Origin: Prasinococcaceae sp. CCMP 1430
Lineage: Eukaryota > Plantae > Prasinodermophyta
Length of the DNA: 50,495 bases
Assembly: GCA_013416795.1 (NCBI GenBank)
Contig: RQSC01000798.1
Span: 1-50,495 of the forward strand
Reading direction: 5' to 3'
Shown piece after piece: positions 10,359 to 20,650 of this stretch; positions within the stretch are counted from its first letter, which is position 1; each line of letters opens with the position of its first letter. The notes under the pieces were generated by a model. The model ran no database searches. It was not told where the DNA came from and saw nothing but the letters and a program-made list of their open reading frames with translations. Made by a program: the position numbers and the translations under genes.

Positions 10359-12330
10359 ACCCCGGGAGGCGACGAGGTCCTTCGGCGCCTGCGCATCCTA
10401 CTCCGTCGCGGCTTCCGCCGTCGCCTCGCCGCATGGCGCGGCGGCAGCGGCAGCGCGCACTGCCACAACATGTTGCGATGGCGGTGGTGGCGCTGCCGGG
10501 GGGGGAGGAGGAGGAGGAGGAGTGGGGTTTGAGGGAGGCGTGTGGGCCGCGGCGAGTGCAGCCGCCGCAGCGGTGGCCGCCGTGGCTGTCGGCACGGGCC
10601 CGCCTCGCGCCGCGCGCTGCGAAGCACACGCGGGCGCGGACTTGAACACTAGCGCGGGCGCGGGGGCGCGCCCCGCCGGAGAGGGCCAGAACGAGGCGAG
10701 CGAGGCCGCGGGTGGCGCCGGTGGTAGGCCCGCGCCGGGGCCTACGCTTCTCACCCTCGAGCAGCGCAAGCGCATATTCTTCCTGTACGAGCAGAAGATC
10801 CGCATGCTCTCGTCGTTGGAGAAGGTCTTTGAGTACTTCGCCAGCGAGGAGGGCGAGGGGGAGGAGGAAACGCTCATGACGCCGCTCGACCTCGTGCACG
10901 CGTGCGTTCCCGTGCACCAGCCGACCGAGTCCTTCGAGACGCGCACGGGCTTTCTGCAGGGCGAGCCGAACGCCGGCTCGGGCGGGAGGGGAGGCGGCGT
11001 GGGGTCTGGCAGACACGACGACGACGAGTACGCCGGCGACGACGTGAGCTCCTTCTTCGCGCGCTTCGCGGACGGCGGAAGCGGCCTCATCGACTACCCC
11101 GGATACCTGTTCTTCCTCACCATTCTCAGCGTGCCCCCCTCGCACGTGCGCACGCTCTTCCGCCTCTTCGACCTGGACGGTAACGGCGTGGTGACGCGCG
11201 ACGAGTTCGCGGCTGTGTTGAAGGTACCCACACACATCAACACGCACACGCCCGCCCGCGCGCACACGCGCCGCGCTTCCTCTCGTGTGCACGACGTTGC
11301 TGACACTGCGCCGTGCGCAGATCCTCCGCGGAGACGCGAAGCACAGCTCGATAGTGCGCGAGGGCCAGCCGCTGCGTTCTGGACTCGGCTCCAAGCAGGT
11401 GAGCGAGGGCGGCCTGGTGTCGATGTTCTTCGGGGAGGACGGCAAGGACCTGCTCACGCTCGAGCGCTTCGAGACCTTCATTGAGGAGCTGGACGAGGCG
11501 CTCACCCTCGAGGAGTTCAAGCACTACGATGTGAACCGCGATGGCTCCATCTGCCTCCAGGACTTTGCATGTGCGTCGACGGTCTGCGCGCGTCGCATGG
11601 CGTGACGAGCTCGAGCCCGCCCTGCTTCGCGTGCCGTGCGCAGCGCTCGCGCGCGCTCACGCGCACGCGCACGCGCATGCACAGCCTAACTGTCAAGCCC
11701 TTCCGAGCGTGCGCTGAGAGTCGCTTTGACCTTGTTCGCTGACTTCTGTCGCCTACGCCCAATGTCTCGCGATGGCGTCACGCAGACGCAATGACTGCGT
11801 CAATGCCGCTCTCGAAGGTTTCCAAGTACCTCGACCTTGCCGAGCGCCTGTCCGCCGTCATCCCCGGCGCCAATGGCAAGGGCACAGCGGGCACGGATCG
11901 CGCAAACCGCGTGACTTACGAGCAGTTCCGGGAGGCCGCCAAGCTCCGTCGCAACTGCATGAAGTTGAAGATCGCAGTGGACTGCTACCAAACGAGGCGA
12001 CTCAAAACCTCGCCACCCGGGGGCGGGGCGGGGGGAGCTTCGAGGGGCTGGTTCGGCGCGAGAGCCGCGAGCGAGAACGACACTATCTCGCGCGCGGACC
12101 TCGAGTACATCATGAACAAGGCGTGCGGCGCCAAGCTGTCGGCTCGCCAGCTGGACGTGCTGATCTTTCTCTTCGACATCGACGGCAAGGGCCACCTGAG
12201 CACAACCGAGTTCCTCGAGGCGATGGGATCGCGCGCCGAGTTCCTCCTGGGCTACAAGCCGCAGCATGGCGGCCTGCTCGCGACTTTCGAGTGCTTCAGG
12301 AAGTGCGCGACGAGGTCCGAGGACATGTGA
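10351..12330 (+). CDS. MICU1: Mitochondrial calcium uptake EF-hand protein MICU; introns 11224-11320 and 11571-11785; start codon missing
   Basis: RIFFLYEQKIRMLSSLEKVFEYFAS; EF-hands FDLDGNGVVTRDEF, YDVNRDGSICLQDF, FDIDGKGHLSTTEF. Introns are phase-compatible. Confidence 0.93.
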
Positions 12331-12848
12331 ACCGGCACAAGCTTGAGCGGCACCGCCTCGCGAGTAATCTGTTCCAATCCAGTATGAAGCGCAGCTCCAG
12401 CGCGCGCACGCTGCTGTCTGCCCTGCCGCTCCGGGCCTTGACTGTGGCTCGCGACCGCTGGGCGCTGGGGACCGCCGAGGCGAAGCACGGCGCGGGCTCT
12501 AGGACCCCACGCAGCAGGCTCCCGACCCACTGGCGGGCGCTTCCTGCTCGCCAGCGCTGCCCGTGCGTCCGCATCCGCGAAAGATTCGGCAAATCTTGTC
12601 GTCGCTGTCAATCATTGAGTCAATGAGTGCCAGCGCGCATTCCAAGAAAATATCGCTTTTTATATTACGTGGTTTTCAATTTTTGTGTGTATACACATTA
12701 CGCCACATTCAAATTCAGACACCATTCCGTTGAAATTGAAGCGGAAGCTTCTGCCTGTGCCCCTTCCGTACCGCCACACGCCGCACGCGGGCGGCGGCGG
12801 CGGCCGCGGGGGGGGGGGCTCGCCGCAGGCACGCGGCGTGCGGGCGAC

Positions 12849-14261
12849 ATGTGGATGCCCGTGTGCTTGCACGTGGTGCTCGCGTGCGCCGCGGGGCTGG
12901 TGTACCTGCCGTACGTCGCCGTGGTCGACGGCCCCGGCCGCGCGCGCGCCCTCGTCTCACGAGGGGGCCGAGAGTACAACGCGCCTCTGCCTCCTGCTCT
13001 GCGCCGCTACGCGGGCGCGGCGCTGGTGCTCGCCGCGCTTCTCGCGCCGCTCGTCGACCCGAGTTATCCCCAGCACTACGCCGCAGGCTTCGCACACCAA
13101 GTCCTTGGCTGGGTCGTGCTCGCTGCGGTCACCGCGTGGGTGTTATGCGAAAGGAGCAGAGGAACCGAATTGCGGGCTCCAATTGGCAACGACGGAACGA
13201 CAAGCAGCAGCGACGACGCCGATGGCATTGATGACCTCCTCGTCCTCAAGTCCATTCACACGCACCCCGAGCACGCGACGGCGGAGGCGCTAGGGCCCGA
13301 CGCCATTGTGGCAGATGGCGGCGCATCCCATTCCGCAGGATCCTCCGGGGCGGCCTCGCCTACTGCTGGACCGCGCGCGTCCACTGTTCGCATTCGCAGC
13401 AAAGGCTCTTCCTCGCCGTGGATGTGGGCGCTGGTGTCGCTCGCCGCGCTGTGGGCGGTATTGTCGTTACCTGTTGCCGCGAACGCTTTTGCCGTTGCCA
13501 AGGTTGCCTCGCAGATCCTGGGTCACACCCTGATTGCTTTCCCGCTGATGGCCGCAGCCGTGCTCACGCTTGCAACTCGCATGCCGCAGCTGGGAGTGCA
13601 AGCGGCGGAGGGGCACGCAATGCTTGTCGGCGGTGTGCTGTTGGCCGTCTGCGAGTTCGTGTTCGGCTCGGGCGGGCTCGCACGCCACGAACAATTCTGG
13701 CTGGGCGAGATGGCTTACGACGAACGCCACTATGTGACCGTCACAAACCAGCAACACATTGCGATGGGCGTGGGCTGGGCTGTTGCCGGCGCCGCCGCGC
13801 TGACGCTGTCGCGGCTGCGCGTGTCGACAGACGCCCACGTGGTAGCTGCAGTGTTCTCGTACGGCTTCGTCATCCTTCACCACCACCAGCATGGTCTCTT
13901 TGGCGTGTCGCACGCCGCACACGCCGCGCATTTGGGTCTCGCATGCGCCGCCGTGGCTTTTCGCCTGGCGGGCCGCATCATCGAGTACACGGCGATGCTC
14001 TTCATGTCAGGCGCGGTGATGTGGGCGGCGCAGCAGGGCTTCACCGCGTGGGCGGAGCGCGCGGGTGGGCTCACGGGCTCATATCGCGAGGACGGTATCG
14101 ACCACCGCGGCGTGGAGGCGAGCGCCTTTGTGGTGTGGAGCGCCTCCATGGGCCTGGCGCTGTATTGCTGGTACGCGTACCTCGTCTGGCTCGCCGGCGG
14201 CGGGGCGCTGCCATACGCGGCGGCGCGAGCGCGGAGGCGCAGCCACGCCCTGCCGCGCTGA
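12849..14261 (+). CDS. His-rich polytopic membrane protein, Ytp1/DUF2427-like or TMEM45/DUF716-like
   Basis: Many hydrophobic segments with spaced histidines: LHVVL, FAHQVLGW, GHTLI, NQQHIAMG, ILHHHQ, HAAHAAH. Confidence 0.55.
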   Translation: MWMPVCLHVVLACAAGLVYLPYVAVVDGPGRARALVSRGGREYNAPLPPALRRYAGAALVLAALLAPLVDPSYPQHYAAGFAHQVLGWVVLAAVTAWVLCERSRGTELRAPIGNDGTTSSSDDADGIDDLLVLKSIHTHPEHATAEALGPDAIVADGGASHSAGSSGAASPTAGPRASTVRIRSKGSSSPWMWALVSLAALWAVLSLPVAANAFAVAKVASQILGHTLIAFPLMAAAVLTLATRMPQLGVQAAEGHAMLVGGVLLAVCEFVFGSGGLARHEQFWLGEMAYDERHYVTVTNQQHIAMGVGWAVAGAAALTLSRLRVSTDAHVVAAVFSYGFVILHHHQHGLFGVSHAAHAAHLGLACAAVAFRLAGRIIEYTAMLFMSGAVMWAAQQGFTAWAERAGGLTGSYREDGIDHRGVEASAFVVWSASMGLALYCWYAYLVWLAGGGALPYAAARARRRSHALPR

Positions 14262-14692
14262 CCTCACGTCGAATCGATCGACGGCCGCGGGCGCCATCTC
14301 GGGCGGCACCTCCGTCGTGCGCGCACCACAGCCGCGCCGACTGCCCGCTCGCTCCCAACTAGCCTAGAGGCTGCCTCGGTGTCGCATTTTTTTCGCACGT
14401 AAATTAGTGTATGGTATCATCCTCCTCTGCTAGCACTCACGTCCCAAGCACCGCTGTTTATTGACCTTAGCGTATTACGAGCGCAGCGACGCTCACGCAC
14501 TACGTGCCGGCAGTGCGTTGGGCGATGACTGGAGAGAGCAACGAAGGGGTGCGTGCGACGAAACGAGCGAGAGGATAGAGCAGTGAACGCGTGCAGTCGT
14601 CAGTTGTGTGTGCGGTCAAAGGCGCGCGCGTACACCAGCACCAGCAACGCGTGCAGTGCACCGCCACCAACACCACGCTACCGCAGGTATGG

Positions 14693-16522
14693 TCACGCAA
14701 ACATTCGCCTACCGCTCACGCAGTTGCTGGCGTGCCCACTAGTTGGCCAGTGCACGCGGCGCGACGGCCGGTGCTGTGCGCAGCGCGCCGGCGTACCTCC
14801 CCAGTTGCCCATGAGGTTGAATGAAAACGCGACGCGCGGTGAGTCGCCGTTGCCCAAGGTGGGCTCGACCTGGTGGCGGAGCCAGGGAGGAAACAGGACG
14901 ATCGTGCCCGTCTCGGGCACCACGCGTACGGTGTTCGAGCCGAGCGCGAGAAAGTCGTCACAGTCTATTTCGTCACGTCGCCTACTACAGTCGACGTCGC
15001 CTATCTCGCCCTTGTAGCGGAGTCCACGGGGGTCCGACCACACGATAGCGCCGGCGCCCTCCCTCGGTACGCGCAGATAGATGGTGCCGGCAAGAGTAGT
15101 GTCTGGGTGAGCGTGAATCGGGTGCCGTATACCGTCCTTGTGCACGCTCGTCCATCCCTCGATTCGCTCCGTATGACCGTCCGTCGTGAAATCAGGTGCC
15201 AATCCACGCACCATCGCATCGGTGGGCACACCGACCGCCTCCAAGTACTCGCGCACGTGCCGTTGGAGGGCACCCATGACGCGATCGAAACCCTCCACCT
15301 TGTGCAGCCAGTGGCGCGAGTTCGCCTCCGCTTCGCACAGGCGCCCGTGCTTCTCGAATGCGCTTAGCCTGTCAGCGAGCAGGCCACTGGCTGGATCCTT
15401 CGCCGCTCCGTCTTGCAACGCCAGGCGCACAACACACTCTCTGAACTCTCCTTGCTGGGCAGAGGCCTGCTTGTCTTGATAGGCGAACCAAACGTCATTG
15501 AGCCGCGCGCTCTTGCCCTGGCGCAGCGCAGCGTACGCCCGGCGCTTACTCGCGACCCACTCCGCCCCCATTTCATCGCCGCCCCGTTCGTCATCAGAGA
15601 GCACGTCTGCGTACTTAGCGAGCACGGCGTCTGCCATCCGCGCCAAGCTCTCGTTGAGAGACACGCGCTCATTCGCTGTGTAGATCGGCGAGTAGTAGGC
15701 CCGCTGAAGGACGCCACCGCTAGGTGTCAACAGGGTCGCTCCTCGCTCGCCGTCGGCAACAGATTTTCCAGCGTGCGCTCGCACGCCGATCTCGCCGAGG
15801 TAGCGCACAGACGGACCTCCGCGCTTCCAACCCAGCAGCCCTGCCGGCACTGTTGTACCCAACCCACGGACGGCCGCCGCACCCAGTCCCTGGGGTGATG
15901 AATCCAGAAGCAGCAAGACACCTGCCACGAAGAGCACCGCAGCGGCGAGCGCGAATGCGAACCTCCGGCGTAAGAGTCCTGCACGATTCGACGAGTTTCT
16001 CAGCAAGAAGCGCGCGTACTGCCTCGCGCGCCGTCCGCGCGCATGCCTGCGCGCGCCGCCGCCGCCGTTTAACTCGCCCCCGCTGCCGCTCCATGGAGGC
16101 GGCGCCTGTCCTCGCGCGTCTGCTTGCGGGTTTTCGGCCGGTGCCGGCGGCGCATACCATTCATCGCGAGCACCTGTTGCACCAGCCACGGCGTTGTCGA
16201 CCATGCGGTGACGCCCAATACCAGGGCCTGCGGCGTGCTGCGGATTTCCAGAGAAATTTGGTTCCGGACCGCTGGGCCGCGGCGCGCCTGTCGCAGACGG
16301 CGACGCGGCGATCACGCGCTGCCACGGGAGCTGCTGAGAGATTGCCTGCCTCGCGACATGTAGCTCCGACTGCTCACGCGCGTTCCCGTAGCCTGTCCCT
16401 GAGCCGTCATCGCCCGCGTAGTATGCGGCGGTCGCGTCTGCATCGCCGCCGCTGACATTGTTGCCACCGGCCGCGGCCGCTTGACTCCGCTCGCCGCCGC
16501 CGCCGCCGCGCCTGTGAAACAT
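14693..16522 (-). CDS. Membrane-anchored 2OG-Fe(II) oxygenase (2OG-FeII_Oxy_5/TIGR02466-like)
   Basis: WTSVH...HPIHAHPDTTLAGTIYLRVP, SDPRG, PETGTIVLFPPWLRHQVEP, RVAFSFNL. Single TM segment FAFALAAAVLFVAGVLLLL. Confidence 0.88.
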   Translation of the reverse strand: MFHRRGGGGGERSQAAAAGGNNVSGGDADATAAYYAGDDGSGTGYGNAREQSELHVARQAISQQLPWQRVIAASPSATGAPRPSGPEPNFSGNPQHAAGPGIGRHRMVDNAVAGATGARDEWYAPPAPAENPQADARGQAPPPWSGSGGELNGGGGARRHARGRRARQYARFLLRNSSNRAGLLRRRFAFALAAAVLFVAGVLLLLDSSPQGLGAAAVRGLGTTVPAGLLGWKRGGPSVRYLGEIGVRAHAGKSVADGERGATLLTPSGGVLQRAYYSPIYTANERVSLNESLARMADAVLAKYADVLSDDERGGDEMGAEWVASKRRAYAALRQGKSARLNDVWFAYQDKQASAQQGEFRECVVRLALQDGAAKDPASGLLADRLSAFEKHGRLCEAEANSRHWLHKVEGFDRVMGALQRHVREYLEAVGVPTDAMVRGLAPDFTTDGHTERIEGWTSVHKDGIRHPIHAHPDTTLAGTIYLRVPREGAGAIVWSDPRGLRYKGEIGDVDCSRRRDEIDCDDFLALGSNTVRVVPETGTIVLFPPWLRHQVEPTLGNGDSPRVAFSFNLMGNWGGTPARCAQHRPSRRVHWPTSGHASNCVSGRRMFA

Positions 16523-16915
16523 GGCGTGCGCGCGGGGCGGGTGCGTGGCAGGCGGCTCGGAGCGCGGATGCGCGCGTCGGGAGGGCAGGACCGGCGTGTC
16601 CACGCTAGGTGGCGCCGCTCCTCGCTGGACGGGCAAGAGCCGGGGCCCTGCGGGGGGCGCGCGCTGTCACCTCTGTGGCGTGGTAAATTGCTAAGTAACA
16701 CCCCGAAAATCCGCACGCTGCACTGAACATCAAAACACATTCAAAAACCGACCTGCGAAATTCTCATAAAAATGCATTGCGTTCCCAAACGGGTGTTTTG
16801 GTTTTTCATGCCTTTGAATTTGATAGCATGTCCCTCGCGTCACACCCCGCGCGGCGTGCGCGGGTGGCCCCCGCGGGCGCAGGGCCGTGCCCCCCCCCCG
16901 CCTTGACCTCCGGCG

Positions 16916-18931
16916 ATGCCGCGGCGCCAGCGACGCGCCTTCGGCTGGAGCTGTCGAGCCATGCGGCTCGTAGCAGTGGCGGGCCTCGCAGCTGTCTTCG
17001 CCGCTGCCGGGGCGGACGCCGCCCGGGTGTGGGCGGACGACGCGGAGGCTGCAGTGGCTTCAACACCCGCTGGCAACGGTGATGGTCGTCATCGCGGCGC
17101 AGGGGTCCATGGACTCTACGTGGGCTGCGACGGCGAAGCACACAACGCGGAGCGTGCCATAAAGGGCCCGCAGGAGCGACTCGACAGCGATGGCGCCACC
17201 ATGTTAGTGGGCCTCGGCGTACAGAAAGGAGGTTCGACTTCGCTGTACGCGACGCTCGCCGACGCGGCGAGGCGAGGCGCCAGCTTGCGAGAGTTGACGC
17301 TGTGCGAGCCACGCCGCAAGGAGATTAACTTCTGGGACAACGCAAGTTTCCGCCAGCGGGCGCCGAGCCGCGAGGAGCTCCGCGACTACGCTGACTTCTG
17401 GCACTCCTCGGCGAGTCGCAGTGCCAAGCACGTCTTGAATGACCGCATTGTCGAGCAGGAGATCGATGCCAAGCCGCAGACTGGCGAAGGCGGCGCGGAG
17501 CATGATGGCGCATCGCCGCGTGAGGAGGTGGCGTCGCTCGTGCATACTCTGCACCGCCGAAGATCGTCACTGGAGGCACCTCGGGGGCGCGAGCGAATCG
17601 ACCTCGGTCCGCGTGCTGCTGCTGCACCCTGCAACGAATTGTGCGACAGCCGGATAAGCGAACAAGCCGGCGCGCCCCTTCGCTTTGAGATTTCACCACG
17701 GTACATCACTACGCCATGGACGGCAAAGGCAATGTGTGAGGCGACAAGATCACTCCCGCATTGGAGGGCGCAGAGCGCATCGAACGACACAAGCGTGGTG
17801 GCGCCGTCGTCATCGCGCGCGCCGTCCGCCCAACTCCTGCTCTTCGCACTGTTGCGCGAGCCCGTGGCTCGCGCTTGGAGCCAATTCGAGATGGAGGCGA
17901 TCCCGTGGCAGGAGCAATGCGCAATGGAGGAAACGCTCAAGGCCTGCAGCGAAGATGGCACCGCCCCAGCCGCAGAGGACGCAGCAGGGCTACGGAAGCT
18001 GTGGCATGCCGTGGCTGCGCACGTTCGTGAGCGAAGGCCTGCAATCGAGGCCATGCTGGCAGACGGTCCGGGCCACGCGTCGTTCGTGAATCGCACGGCG
18101 GCTGCTGCAGACGGCCGGGGAAATGTGAAGAAGGAAGGCGAATGCATGCCCCGGCTGTGCACGCTCACTCCGCCGCAGCTCTTCCATCGCGCCGTCCACC
18201 GGGAGATGCAAGTGATGGACTCATGTTACTTCGACACGGAAACTGCTGCACCGGCGACGGCAGCGATCCGCGAAAAACCCGGTCAGGACGTGCACGCAGT
18301 TGGCACGTGCGGTGCGAACGGCATGGGCGCGCTCTTCGATAGGCGCTTTCGGGAGTGTGCTGTGCGCATTCTGGCGGACAGCGTGCCGCCTGCTGCAAAT
18401 CCCTGGGCGTTCGAGCACGGTGGTTTGTACGGCAGCGGCGGCGACGACTCGGGCGGACGTGTTGATGCCAAACGTGGGTCGACGCTCGCACACTATCACG
18501 GCATCCTCGCCGACGAGCATCACGGCGTGCTCTCGGTGGGCATGCTCGCGCGCGGGCTGTACGCAGAGCAGCTTTGTCCCTTCCTGCATTTCCACCGCGC
18601 CGAAGACATGTTCGTCATGCGTAGTGAGCATGCATACCGAGACGAGAAGGCGGCGGCCAGACGACTGCTCGCGTGGGCGCTGCACCGCGCCCAGGCGGTG
18701 CCGACGCGCGCCGCAGCGGCTGCGGCCGCCGAGCGAGCGCTGCCGCCAGGCAGGTCCGATTCGGATCACCATGTGTCTCGCCACCTCGAGGTCTCCTGGA
18801 CGTACGACGAGCACACGGCTGGAATCGTGAGGGCATGGTTCGCGCCGCATAACGCCCGACTAGACGAATTGCTTGCAACGCAGCGCATCGAGGGGTTCGA
18901 GAGGTCCGGAGACTCGGAAACGCATTGGTGA
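16916..18931 (+). CDS. PAPS-dependent sulfotransferase (heparan-sulfate 3-O/N-sulfotransferase-like fold), secreted or Golgi; alternative ATG at 16961
   Basis: 5'PSB GVQKGGSTSL, KEINFWD, EISPRY, 3'PB LLREPVARAWSQF, RGLYAEQL, WFAPHNARL. Signal-like segment after M16961. Confidence 0.88.
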   Translation: MPRRQRRAFGWSCRAMRLVAVAGLAAVFAAAGADAARVWADDAEAAVASTPAGNGDGRHRGAGVHGLYVGCDGEAHNAERAIKGPQERLDSDGATMLVGLGVQKGGSTSLYATLADAARRGASLRELTLCEPRRKEINFWDNASFRQRAPSREELRDYADFWHSSASRSAKHVLNDRIVEQEIDAKPQTGEGGAEHDGASPREEVASLVHTLHRRRSSLEAPRGRERIDLGPRAAAAPCNELCDSRISEQAGAPLRFEISPRYITTPWTAKAMCEATRSLPHWRAQSASNDTSVVAPSSSRAPSAQLLLFALLREPVARAWSQFEMEAIPWQEQCAMEETLKACSEDGTAPAAEDAAGLRKLWHAVAAHVRERRPAIEAMLADGPGHASFVNRTAAAADGRGNVKKEGECMPRLCTLTPPQLFHRAVHREMQVMDSCYFDTETAAPATAAIREKPGQDVHAVGTCGANGMGALFDRRFRECAVRILADSVPPAANPWAFEHGGLYGSGGDDSGGRVDAKRGSTLAHYHGILADEHHGVLSVGMLARGLYAEQLCPFLHFHRAEDMFVMRSEHAYRDEKAAARRLLAWALHRAQAVPTRAAAAAAAERALPPGRSDSDHHVSRHLEVSWTYDEHTAGIVRAWFAPHNARLDELLATQRIEGFERSGDSETHW

Positions 18932-19101
18932 CTCGCAGTTGGACTGCCGCGACGGGCTGCGAAGTGCCTGAGGCCCTCCGCTTGCGGCCGCCCCTCCGAT
19001 CGCACTTCACCCCCATGCTTCCGCGCTCTGTCTAGCAACTGCCTGCACGTATCAATGCGGAATCAGCCGAGAAAATGGTGCGACCATTGCATGCACTGGT
19101 T

Positions 19102-20364
19102 TTACATGTCCGCCGTGGCGAGCGTGCGCGCCGCGCGAGCCTTCATGGCCCTCTCGTTCTGCGCGGCAAAGATCTTCTGCTCGAAGCCCGTGCCGCGGTC
19201 AACGCCGTCCCAGAAGCGCCCCGGGCGGATACCGTAGCGGTTGGGAGGGGCGCCCACGCCTCGGCGGAGCCAGCTGTGCTCGGGCACGCCTGCAGGGATC
19301 GAATAGCCCGCCTCGGCCATCGCGCGCTTGGCCTCCTCTCCGCCGAAGTCCGGGTCGGCATGCGGATCGCCGAGTGCCTCGAGCTCCTGCTGGGCGGCGA
19401 GGCGCGCCATGGGATCGCCGAAGCGCGCGCGCGCGCGCAACTCGCCGTCGCGGCGGTCGGCGCTCAAGGCGAACGGCGCCGCGCCGGCCTCCGCCTGGGC
19501 CCNNNNNNNNNNNNNNNNNNNNNNNNNNNNNNNNNNNNNNNNNNNNNNNNNNNNNNNNNNNNNNNNNNNNNNNNNNNNNNNNNNNNNNNNNNNNNNNNNN
19601 NNNNNNNNNNNNNNNNNNNNNNNNNNNNNNNNNNNNNNNNNNNNNNNNNNNNNNNNNNNNNNNNNNNNNNNNNNNNNNNNNNNNNNNNNNNNNNNNNNNN
19701 NNNNNNNNNNNNNNNNNNNNNNNNNNNNNNNNNNNNNNNNNNNNNNNNNNNNNNNNNNNNNNNNNNNNNNNNNNNNNNNNNNNNNNNNNNNNNNNNNNNN
19801 NNNNNNNNNNNNNNNNNNNNNNNNNNNNNNNNNNNNNNNNNNNNNNNNNNNNNNNNNNNNNNNNNNNNNNNNNNNNNNNNNNNNNNNNNNNNNNNNNNNN
19901 NNNNNNNNNNNNNNNNNNNNNNNNNNNNNNNNNNNNNNNNNNNNNNNNNNNNNNNNNNNNNNNNNNNNNNNNNNNNNNNNNNNNNNNNNNNNCGCGCCCA
20001 CGCCAGCCGCGCCGCCCGCAGCGGCGGCGGCGCGCGCTCGCCGCCGCTCCTCTTCGAAGCGCTCCAGCTACGTGCGACACGCGTGTGCGAGCGTGCGTGC
20101 GTGCGAGCGTGCGAGCGTGCGTGCGTGCGCGTTCAGGGATCAGCGCCAGACCAGTGCGTGTGGCGCAGGCCCTCCCCCTCTCTCCACCGCGCGCGCGCGC
20201 GCGCTCACCTTCGACGCGCCGTCGACCACCACCACGTTGCCTGCATGCCCTCGCTCCTCTCTGTCCCTCCTCTTCTTCTTCTTCCTCTTCTTCTTCTCGC
20301 CGCCCGCGCCGTCGTCCGCCCCGCCGTCGGCGTACCGCTTGAGGTATTCGAGCTTGCTCGACAT
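19102..20364 (-). CDS. BUD13: Pre-mRNA splicing RES complex subunit BUD13/CWC26; intron 20068-20208; gap inside
   Basis: N-terminus [11 protein letters not shown]; C-terminus [32 protein letters not shown]...ATADM*. Confidence 0.95.
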
Positions 20365-20400
20365 GGCGGCGGCCGCGGCGGCGGCCGCGCGCGCGCGCGC

Positions 20401-20540
20401 ACTCGTACGCGACGGCCTTGGTCCAGCTGTCGCCCAGCTCGAAGGGGGCGACGTCCGTCAAGGGTGGCGGGCTCGGCGGTGGTGGCGGGCTCGGCGGCGG
20501 CGGGCTCGGCGGCGGCGAGGGGCTCGGCGGCGGCGGGCTC
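20401..20540 (-). other. Orphan exon fragment of a Ser-Pro-rich (SPPP) extracellular-type protein
   Basis: [45 protein letters not shown] ends at a GTGCGC donor and abuts the BUD13 5' leader through a (GC)n tract. Confidence 0.55.
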
Positions 20541-20650
20541 NNNNCGCGCGCGCCGCGCGCCGCTCCGCGCCGGCGCGTGCACGCGCAGCAGGCGGGCCTT
20601 TCCCCCCCCACCTCGGCTCGTCGCCCAGCGGCGCGCGTGGGGGGAGGGCG

